This document shows, piece by piece, positions 48,229 through 56,049 of a stretch of DNA of 64,000 bases; position 1 is the first letter of the stretch; every line of letters starts with the position of its first letter. This DNA is from an uncultured Spirochaetota bacterium (GTDB lineage Bacteria; Spirochaetota; Spirochaetia; SZUA-6; Fen-1364): NCBI GenBank assembly GCA_963781885.1, contig CAWAHW010000002.1, positions 288,001-352,000 of the forward strand. The letters run 5' to 3'. A program made the position numbers and the translations under genes. The notes below the pieces were generated by a model. The model did no database searches. It worked only from the letters and a program-made list of their open reading frames with translations, and was not told where the DNA came from.

Positions 48229-49176
48229 ATGCGGGAAGACGATGTGTCGAAGACGGATCAGGAAGCGCTTCTGGCAGAGTTGGAAGGCATACGCGACATC
48301 TACCGGTCGGACGTGAAGCAGTTCATCGGGTTCGTGCGGGAACGGAAGCTCCACCTCGTGGACGGATTCAAGAAATACGCCCAGTGGCTGGACGAGGAGC
48401 ATGACGGCAAGACTTATTCACCGGCAACGATCAACCGCAAGATAGCCGCGGCGCGCAGCCGGGTCCGCTATGCCTTCAAGCAGAGCGCTTTCGCCGGAAG
48501 CCTCCGCCGGAAACATCGCCTGGAAGACATTTTGAAGGCGGTCCGGCTCAAGAAGATCGAGATCGTGCCGGTGGCGTCGGACAAGGTGCTGGACATCGAA
48601 GAGGCGCGGAAGCTGGTGGGCAAGACACGGGATGCGACCATACGGCTGATGGTCACCTTCCTCGTGAGCACGGGTGTCCGCGTGTCCGAGATGCTCGGGC
48701 TGAAGCTCACCGATCTCAAAGATGTCAAAGGCGAGCTCGTCCAGGTCCGGGTGAGAGGCAAGGGCGCGCGCGAGAGGACCATCTACGTGAAAAAGGCATT
48801 CCGGGACCGCATCAGGAGATACTTCCACGGTGCGACGTACCTCTTCGAGCACCAGGGCAGGCAATACAACCGGATATCCGTGACCAACAGGATCAAGCTT
48901 GAAGCGCTACGGATACTCGGACGCGAGGTGACGGCGCAGCAGCTGCGCCACAGCTGGGCGGCCATCCAGATCAAGAGGGGCCGCGACATCGCGGCAGTGG
49001 CGGCCGTGCTCGGGCACGCGCATCAGGGTCCCGCCTCACGGACGAGCTCCGGGACGCGCCTGCGGCCCGAGGATTCATTCCTCGACATCGAAGGGGCGAA
49101 ACGCCAAGGCCGGGAAAGGCCGGATGACGAGGCCTCCCGGGAAGGCGAAGAGCAGGGCGGGAACGCCGCCGGTTGA
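48229..49176 (+). CDS. tyrosine recombinase/integrase-family protein lacking the catalytic Tyr
   Basis: SPATINRK, TGVRVSE, GKG..ER, QQLRHS, LGH; no Tyr after LGH; AAAGGAG SD. Confidence 0.85.
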   Translation: MREDDVSKTDQEALLAELEGIRDIYRSDVKQFIGFVRERKLHLVDGFKKYAQWLDEEHDGKTYSPATINRKIAAARSRVRYAFKQSAFAGSLRRKHRLEDILKAVRLKKIEIVPVASDKVLDIEEARKLVGKTRDATIRLMVTFLVSTGVRVSEMLGLKLTDLKDVKGELVQVRVRGKGARERTIYVKKAFRDRIRRYFHGATYLFEHQGRQYNRISVTNRIKLEALRILGREVTAQQLRHSWAAIQIKRGRDIAAVAAVLGHAHQGPASRTSSGTRLRPEDSFLDIEGAKRQGRERPDDEASREGEEQGGNAAG

Positions 49177-49180
49177 GCGG

Positions 49181-50115
49181 CTATCCCTCGCCGCCTCCAG
49201 CCTTCGCCCCGCCCGGTCCCTCCGTCCGCGTCTCCCGGGGCGACTCCGACTGAGGCTCGATATGGATGAGGACGCTGGTATTGGACAGTCTGGCTTCCAG
49301 CTCTTTTTCGATGATGTCGCACAGCTGGTGGGAATCCCGCACGCTCATGCCCGCGGGCACGGTGAGATGAAAATCGATGTGCTTCGTGCCGCCGGCGCGC
49401 GGGTGCGCACCGCGTGCAGACCGGCATCGGGATGACGGGCGACGCTCTGCTCGATGGCGGCAAGCTCTTCCGCCGAGATGCTTGCATCCAGGAGCGGCGC
49501 GAATGCCTTCCGCAGCATTTTCCACGCTTCGACCAGGATCAGGAGCGCGATGGCGATGGCAACGGCCGGATCGAGATAATAGGCCCATGACAGGTTGAAG
49601 GCGCGGACGACCACGAGGATGATGAGGAGGCTGCCTGCCACGCCGAGGGAGGACCAGACATCGGTCTTGTGATGCAACGCGTCGGCCTCAAGGGCGACGC
49701 TCTGCTCCTGCCGCGCCACACGGGAGAGGATGCGCGCGACGACCAGGTTGACGATCCCGGAAACGAGCATGACGGCGACCCCGAGCTCAAGGTGCTCGAC
49801 CGGTTGGTGGTGCGCCAGCTTTCTCACCGCCTCCGCGATGATGAGCACCGCCGCGGCAAATATGAGGATCGACTCGATGACGCCGGAAACATTCTCCACT
49901 TTTTCATGACCGTAGGGATGCTCGGTGTCGGCGGGACGTTGCGCGATGCGGATGGAAAAAAAGGCCATCACCGCGGCGGCCAGGTCCATGAGCGAGTGGA
50001 TTGCCTCTGAGATGATGCTGACGGCTCCGCTCAGGATCCCGACCAGAAGCTTCAGGGCGATGAGAAGGACATTGGAGAGTATGGAAAGCCGCGCCGTGCG
50101 GGCCGCACGGTTCAT
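49181..50115 (-). CDS. cation diffusion facilitator (CzcD/FieF-like), frameshift near 49405
   Basis: EAIHSLMD, PADTEHPYGHEKVE, ADALHHKTD; C-terminus IDFHLTVP..SVLIHIEP in a shifted frame. Confidence 0.9.
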
Positions 50116-50154
50116 TCGGGACTCCTTTCTTCACGGCACCCCTGCGCCGCAAGT

Positions 50155-50222
50155 CGGAAGTCCCACAGCTTCTGCTGCTGCCCGCCGAAAAGCGACGGGC
50201 CCGGCAATCACCTGATCTTCCG
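50155..50222 (-). ncRNA. NiCo (czcD) riboswitch
   Basis: Minus strand CGGAA-GAUCAGG..GCCGGGC..GCAGCAGC-AGAA-GCUGUGGGAC-UUCCG fits the NiCo four-way-junction consensus; directly upstream of a CDF gene; promoter TTGACA (50258-50253)-17-CATGCT. Confidence 0.85.
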
Positions 50223-50359
50223 CGAAAACAGCATGGGGGCAGTATCCGCTTTTGTCAAGGCGGGGTCGTCCGGGGCATCGCGCGTGGCGCCGTCAATGCC
50301 ACGGGCTACCGTGTGTTGCATATCTTCTCACGTCTTCCTATAGTCGGGGCGGCCACCTC

Positions 50360-52255
50360 ATGATGCAGATCAATGGCTCGTCCTTCATCGACGAACAAGG
50401 TCGGACGCTGATGCTTCGGGGCGTGAATCTCGGAGGATCGAGCAAGGTGCCCCGGGTGCCGGACGGGGCCACGCATCTGCGGAATGGATTCCTCGACCAT
50501 CGCTCCGTCTCCTTCATCGGCCGGCCGTTTCCGCTGGAAGAGGCAGACGAGCATTTCGCGCGCCTGCATTCATGGGGCATGCGATTCCTTCGCTTTCTCA
50601 TCACCTGGGAGGCAGTGGAGCACGCGGGACCGGGCATCTACGATGATGCCTACATCGCCTACGTCCACGACATCGTGGAGAAGGCGGCCGCGCACGGCAT
50701 CTCGCTTTTCATCGATCCGCACCAGGACATGTGGAGCAGGTGGACGGGCGGCGACGGCGCGCCGGGGTGGACGCTGGAGGCGGCAGGCTTCGATCCCGGC
50801 AGCCTCGATGAGACAGGGGCTGCCTTCACGCACCAGGGGCACGGCGACCCCTTTCCGCGCGTGACGTGGCCGGCCAATTCCGGCAAGCTCGCCACGGCCA
50901 CGATGTTCACCCTCTTTTTCGCCGGCAACATCCTCGCCCCGACGGTCCTCATCGACGGGGAGCGGGCACAGGACTACCTGCAACGCCATTACATCGACGC
51001 CATCTGCCGCGTCGCGCGGCGGCTCCGCGATCTGCCGAACGTGGTCGGCTATGGGACGATGAACGAGCCGCTGCCGGGCTACGTCGGCTGGAAGGACCTG
51101 GAGCGCACCGGCGGCCTCGTCACGATCGGGACCTGTCCCACGGGCCTGCAGGGCATGGCGCTCGGCGACGGGATCCCGCAGGACGTCGGCGTGTGGCGGA
51201 TGCGTGCGACCCGCATCGCGCGCGTGGGCACCGTGACGATGAACGCCGGGCGGCGTCGCGCGTGGGGTGACGGGACGGCGTGCATCTGGCGCCGGAGCGG
51301 CGTGTGGGACGTGGACGCGACGGGCCTGCCGCGTCTTCTGGCGCCCCGGTATTTCGTTGAATCGAACGGCCGACCCCTGGATTTCGGCCAGGACTTCTTC
51401 AAGCCTTTTGCGGAGAGATACCATCGCGCGATTTCCGCCGCCCATCCGGGAGCGCTCATATTCGTCGAGACGGAGGCATTCACGTGGCCGCCTGCATGGG
51501 CTGCTGGAGACGCGGCTGATTTCATCCTTGCGCCCCACTGGTACGACGAGCTTGTGCTCGCCAAGAGGCGCTACCTGTCCTTCGTCGCGCTGGAGTTTTC
51601 GTCGCACAAGGTGGCCCTCGGCAGGCGCGCCATCCGCCGCGCGTTCGCGCGCCAGCTCGCCTGGCTTCAGCAGGGGGCGCGCGAGCGGCTGGGGGGCGCG
51701 CCGGTCATACTCGGCGAGCTCGGCATCCCCTTCGACCTGCGCGGCATGCGCGCCCGGCAGTCGGGCGATTATCGACAGCAGGAGCGCGCCCTGGACCGCA
51801 GCTATCGCGCCGTGGAAGATCGTCTCCTTGGATGCACGCTCTGGAACTACACGGCGGACAACACCCGCGAGCGGGGCGATCAGTGGAACGGGGAGGACTT
51901 TTCCATCTACCGCCGCGACCCGCAATCGAGCTCATCCGGCGCCGACGACGGTGCCCGCGCAGCCCGCGCCTTTCAAAGGCCGTATCCGGTTGCAACCGCG
52001 GGCACGCCCCTTTGCCTGGAATACGACATGCGGCGGGGAAGGCTCACGTTCCGCTTCCGTCACGACCCGGTCGTGAACGCACCGACGGAGATATTCCTGC
52101 CGCGGCGCATGTACGGCGCGGGCTGCCGGGTGATCGTGAGTGACGGGACCTGGGAGCTTCAGCCCGGAAGCCAGACACTTCTCTACCATCACGATCCCCG
52201 GCAGCCCGTGCACGAGCTGCGCGTCCTGCCGGCCGGCCGCCGCGGGGGGAGGTAG
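50360..52255 (+). CDS. glycoside hydrolase family 5 (endoglycoceramidase/steryl-glucosidase-like)
   Basis: LRGVNLGG, GRPFPLEEADEHF, WEAVEHAGPG, DPHQD, NEP acid/base, GELG nucleophile, RPYP. Confidence 0.88.
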   Translation: MMQINGSSFIDEQGRTLMLRGVNLGGSSKVPRVPDGATHLRNGFLDHRSVSFIGRPFPLEEADEHFARLHSWGMRFLRFLITWEAVEHAGPGIYDDAYIAYVHDIVEKAAAHGISLFIDPHQDMWSRWTGGDGAPGWTLEAAGFDPGSLDETGAAFTHQGHGDPFPRVTWPANSGKLATATMFTLFFAGNILAPTVLIDGERAQDYLQRHYIDAICRVARRLRDLPNVVGYGTMNEPLPGYVGWKDLERTGGLVTIGTCPTGLQGMALGDGIPQDVGVWRMRATRIARVGTVTMNAGRRRAWGDGTACIWRRSGVWDVDATGLPRLLAPRYFVESNGRPLDFGQDFFKPFAERYHRAISAAHPGALIFVETEAFTWPPAWAAGDAADFILAPHWYDELVLAKRRYLSFVALEFSSHKVALGRRAIRRAFARQLAWLQQGARERLGGAPVILGELGIPFDLRGMRARQSGDYRQQERALDRSYRAVEDRLLGCTLWNYTADNTRERGDQWNGEDFSIYRRDPQSSSSGADDGARAARAFQRPYPVATAGTPLCLEYDMRRGRLTFRFRHDPVVNAPTEIFLPRRMYGAGCRVIVSDGTWELQPGSQTLLYHHDPRQPVHELRVLPAGRRGGR

Positions 52256-52259
52256 CAGC

Positions 52260-53342
52260 ATGCGCATTGCAGGCAGAGAGCTCAGCCGCAAGGACATCGA
52301 ACGCCACGTGGGCAGCCTGCGGCAGATCGGTGGCGTGCGGCCCATCGAGCTGGTGGAAGGCAGGGCGCGGGGCGTCCGGTGCTTCCAGGTGGAGACGGGC
52401 TCGGGGCTCGGCTTCACGGTGGTTGCCGACAGGGGCCTCGACATAGCCGACTGCACCTTCAAGGGTGTGAACCTCGTCTATCATGCCCCGGGAGGCATCG
52501 CGCATCCCTCCTACCACGACCCGTCGGGCTCGGAGTGGCTGCGCGTCTTTTTCGGCGGCCTCCTCACCACGTGCGGTCTCACCTATTTCGGCGCCCCGGG
52601 CCGGGACGGCGCATCCGAGCTCGGTTTGCACGGAAGGTATTCGGCCCTGCCGGCGGCGCGCGTCTCCGACGACTCCCGCTGGGAGGGGGACGAGTACGTG
52701 CTTTCCGTCACTGGCTGCGTGGAGGAGGCCGTGCTCTTTGGTGACAGGCTGCGCCTGACGCGCAGCATCACCACCCATCTTGGATCGAAGAGCATCCGCA
52801 TCCTCGACCGGGTGGAGAACTTCGGCGCGAAAGAGTCTCCCTTCACGATCCTCTACCACGTGAATCCCGGGTACCCGCTTCTTGGTCCGGAAAGCAGGAT
52901 ATACGTCTCCACCACGGGCATCGAGCCCTATGACGAGCATGCGGCAGAGGGCCTCCCGGCGGCCGATACAGTGCAGGAGCCGGACCCCGCATATCGCGAG
53001 ATGAACTTCCTGCACACCGCGGCCGCCGATGCAGGAGGCTTTGCGCGCGCAGCGCTCGTCAACCGGGACCTTGCAGGAGGCCTGGGCCTCGCGCTGGCGT
53101 GGCGCATCGACAGTCTCCCGTTTCTCAGCGAATGGAAAATGCTCGCACCGGGAGAATACGTCGTGGGCCTGGAGCCCGTGAATACGAAGATCGCAAATCG
53201 CGCCGCGCTGCGCGCAGCCGGAAGGCTGCCCCTGCTCGCCGCGGGCGAATCGCGCACGATGGAGCTCGAGCTCAGCGTTTTGGAAGGGGATGAAATCGAT
53301 GGTTTCGCGGCGGAGGTGGCGCGGATCCGCGCCCGGGCGTAA
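52260..53342 (+). CDS. DUF4432 / aldose 1-epimerase family protein
   Basis: DRGLDI, GGLLTTCGL, GLHGR, LYHVN, YVVGLEP. Confidence 0.85.
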   Translation: MRIAGRELSRKDIERHVGSLRQIGGVRPIELVEGRARGVRCFQVETGSGLGFTVVADRGLDIADCTFKGVNLVYHAPGGIAHPSYHDPSGSEWLRVFFGGLLTTCGLTYFGAPGRDGASELGLHGRYSALPAARVSDDSRWEGDEYVLSVTGCVEEAVLFGDRLRLTRSITTHLGSKSIRILDRVENFGAKESPFTILYHVNPGYPLLGPESRIYVSTTGIEPYDEHAAEGLPAADTVQEPDPAYREMNFLHTAAADAGGFARAALVNRDLAGGLGLALAWRIDSLPFLSEWKMLAPGEYVVGLEPVNTKIANRAALRAAGRLPLLAAGESRTMELELSVLEGDEIDGFAAEVARIRARA

Positions 53343-53420
53343 GGGGTCGAGTTGCCTTTCGCGCCGCGCGGTGCTACACTTTTATGGCGGAAGCGGACGT
53401 GCTTCCGAACAGGAGAAAGA

Positions 53421-53468
53421 ATGGAACACGACGACAACAGTGGGTGGTGTCCTGTCGTGCCCGCCTAG
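53421..53468 (+). other. putative leader peptide MEHDDNSGWCPVVPA
   Basis: AGGAG SD shortly before ATG, within a hairpin-rich leader downstream of TTGCCT-17-TACACT. Confidence 0.5.
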
Positions 53469-53516
53469 GGGATGAGCTTCATCTCCCGGCGGGCCTGCGC
53501 CGATCGGAGGTGGAGC

Positions 53517-54155
53517 ATGATGAAAAAAACGGCATTTCTCGACGTCTTCGTGGTGAGCGGTTTCATCACGGGTTTTTTCTATGGATTTCTGAATCCTCTG
53601 TACATCAGCATGATCCTTTCCCGTCTTGACGGCAGGATCATCGCCCTGGGGTCCTTCATGTCCTCCGCGTTCCCCGTGCTCGTGGGGGCGCTCCTGGGCA
53701 GCCGTCGGGTCTCCGCGCGTCTCTACGCGATTCTGCCGGTGGTCATGGTTCTGGAGCTCGCGGCAGCGGCAGGAGCCGCCCTGGTGGCGTTTTTCGACAT
53801 CGTTGCGTATTACCTGGTGTCGATGTTCGTCCTGGGCGTGTTCTCCTCCTGCGTCGTGTATCTGCTCCAGAAGATCAAGGAATCGCGCTATCGCCGCAAC
53901 CGCGCGGCATTCGATCGGCGCTGCGACATGGCCGACGCGCTCGGCCTGGTCCTCGGTTCCGCCTTGAGTCTCGTGGGAATGGGTTTTCTCACCAATCCGC
54001 GTGCCGTGGCCCTGGCTGGCTGCGCGCAGACGGCCGTCGTCTACGGCCTTTTCCTCATCCTGTACCGCAAGGTTCCCACCCGCAGGGAAAGGCGCGCGGA
54101 CGAGGAGGCCCACCCATGTGCGCCGCGCCTGAGCATGTTGCCAATTGCCGCGTGA
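53517..54155 (+). CDS. 6-TM membrane protein (half-MFS-like)
   Basis: About 6 hydrophobic helices; GGAGG SD. Confidence 0.7.
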   Translation: MMKKTAFLDVFVVSGFITGFFYGFLNPLYISMILSRLDGRIIALGSFMSSAFPVLVGALLGSRRVSARLYAILPVVMVLELAAAAGAALVAFFDIVAYYLVSMFVLGVFSSCVVYLLQKIKESRYRRNRAAFDRRCDMADALGLVLGSALSLVGMGFLTNPRAVALAGCAQTAVVYGLFLILYRKVPTRRERRADEEAHPCAPRLSMLPIAA

Positions 54156-54185
54156 GCGGCCTGACGTAAAGGAACGGGATGACTT

Positions 54186-56030
54186 TCAGAGACCCAGGAC
54201 CGCCAGGGCGTACTGCGTCTTTCCCAGCGGCGTGGAAAGCTGGACGCCTGCCACGGTGCCGCGAAGCGCCTCGAAAAGCTCGCGCGCGATGGCGGCCCCT
54301 TCTTCCAGGGCCGACTCTTTCGTGTCGCAGAGGCCCATGCGCGTGATGATGGAATCCGGCACCTCGACGCCCGGGACCTCGTTTTTCATGAACTCGGCCA
54401 TCCGCAGGCTCACGAGGGGCCAGATGCCCGATATGACCGGGATGCGGCGCAGCCCGCTCGCCTTGTCGAGGAAGCGGAAAAGAGGCGCCGCGTCGAAAAG
54501 GGGCTGCGTGATCACGAACTCCGCGCCCGCGTCCAGCTTCCACTTGAAGCGATCCAGCTCCCTCTCCGGGTTCAGGGCGCTCGGATTGAGCGCCACGCCA
54601 TAACAGAGCCCGATGGGACCCCCGACGGGGTTGTGGCCCAGGTCAAAGCCGTGGTTGAGCTGGTTCACCATGTTGCAGAGGCCGATGGCATCGATATCGA
54701 ACACGGCCGTGGCGTCAGGATACGTGCCCATATTCGGCGGATCGCCCGTGACGAGCAGAAGGTTCCGTATGCCCAGCGCATGCGCGCCCAGTATTTCGGC
54801 CTGGAGCGCGAGCAGGTTCTTGTCCTTGCAGGTGACGTGGGGGATCGTCTCGATGCCCGCCCGCGTCTGGATCACGGCAGAGGCGGCCACGGCCCCCATC
54901 TTGGCCTGGGCGCGCGGGCTGTCGGGCACATTGACGGCGTCGATGCCTTTCTCTTTCAGGGTCTTCGCGCTCGCCACGAGCTTCTCAAGATCGAAGCCCT
55001 TCGGCGGAACGAGCTCCACGCAGGACACGAAATCCCCCCGGGCAAGGCGCGCCGCCCACCCGCTTTTCTTTTCCAGCGGAATGGGGTCCATCGCGCGATC
55101 GTCCAGCACGAAGCTGATGCGCTCCTTTGGCAGGCCGGGGGTGAGGGCGCGTATCTCGCTGCGCATCTCGCGGATGTGCGCCGGCGTCGTGCCGCAGCAT
55201 CCCCCGACGATGAGCACGCCGGTCTGGATCATGCGCTTCGCGTACCGTGCCATGTAGCGCGGCGTGGTCTGGTAGATGTTGCGTCCGTCGACATTGACGG
55301 GAACGCCCGCGTTGGGCTGGACGCAGAGCGGCCGGCGGGCGACGCGGATCATTCTTTCGGCGGTCTCCAGCATGATGCGCGGACCGCCCGTGCAGTTCAG
55401 GCCGATGACGTCCGGTGCAAGGGCGTCCAGCGCCGCCGTGAACGCCTCCGGCTCCGTGCCGTACAGCGACGTGCCTTCACCGTTGATCGTGAGGGAGGCC
55501 ACGAGCGGCAGGCTGCACGCAGCGCGCACGCCGCGGATGGCCGCCGTGAGCTCCGCCACGTCCACGAATGTCTCCAGCACGATGAGGTCCGCGCCCGCCG
55601 CCGCTAGGTGCCCCGCCTGCTGGCGAAACAGCTCCTGCGCTTCTTCAACGGAGAGGGCGCCCAGCGGCGACAGCTTCATCCCGAGCGGCCCGATGGATCC
55701 CGCGATCCAGGTGGAGTCCGCGCGCCGCGACTCCTCGATGGCCTGCCGCGCGAGCCGCACGGCCTGCTCGTTGATGGCGGCGAAACGGTCCGCGAGCCCG
55801 GCGGCGCGCAGCTTCGGGATGCCGGCGCCCCAGCTGTTTGTCGTGATCACGTCGGCGCCCGCCTCCAGGTAGTCGTGGTGGATGCCGAGCACGACGCGCG
55901 GATCGGAGAGGCACACCTCCTCGAAGACGCGGTTCAGGAAGATGCCGCGCTCGTAGAGCATGGTGCCCATGGCGCCGTCGAAGAGGATGGTTTCCCGCCT
56001 TTCCAGGCGGGTGGCAAAATCGACTTTCAT
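54186..56030 (-). CDS. bifunctional homocysteine S-methyltransferase / methylenetetrahydrofolate reductase (YitJ-like)
   Basis: FDGAMGT, GLNC, PNAG, GGCCGTTPAHI; MTHFR domain ELVPPK, VTGDPP, ITQPLFD. Confidence 0.92.
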   Translation of the reverse strand: MKVDFATRLERRETILFDGAMGTMLYERGIFLNRVFEEVCLSDPRVVLGIHHDYLEAGADVITTNSWGAGIPKLRAAGLADRFAAINEQAVRLARQAIEESRRADSTWIAGSIGPLGMKLSPLGALSVEEAQELFRQQAGHLAAAGADLIVLETFVDVAELTAAIRGVRAACSLPLVASLTINGEGTSLYGTEPEAFTAALDALAPDVIGLNCTGGPRIMLETAERMIRVARRPLCVQPNAGVPVNVDGRNIYQTTPRYMARYAKRMIQTGVLIVGGCCGTTPAHIREMRSEIRALTPGLPKERISFVLDDRAMDPIPLEKKSGWAARLARGDFVSCVELVPPKGFDLEKLVASAKTLKEKGIDAVNVPDSPRAQAKMGAVAASAVIQTRAGIETIPHVTCKDKNLLALQAEILGAHALGIRNLLLVTGDPPNMGTYPDATAVFDIDAIGLCNMVNQLNHGFDLGHNPVGGPIGLCYGVALNPSALNPERELDRFKWKLDAGAEFVITQPLFDAAPLFRFLDKASGLRRIPVISGIWPLVSLRMAEFMKNEVPGVEVPDSIITRMGLCDTKESALEEGAAIARELFEALRGTVAGVQLSTPLGKTQYALAVLGL

Positions 56031-56049
56031 TATTCCTCCGCGGAATGCG

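Noticed and set aside
48229-49176. Integrase marking a prophage or ICE, or a functional XerC/XerD
   Set aside because: No att repeats, phage or conjugation genes, and catalytic residues are missing
7300-49410. Frameshifts in purC (~7307), the hybrid kinase (~27605), the barrel/TPR gene (~35808, 35828, 36065, 37270), the lipoprotein (~37865) and the CDF gene (~49405) as programmed frameshifting, phase variation or pseudogenes
   Set aside because: They are scattered over unrelated genes including core purC, lack slippery heptamers or long homopolymers, and both halves stay intact. Sequencing indels are the simplest explanation; reads are needed to confirm.
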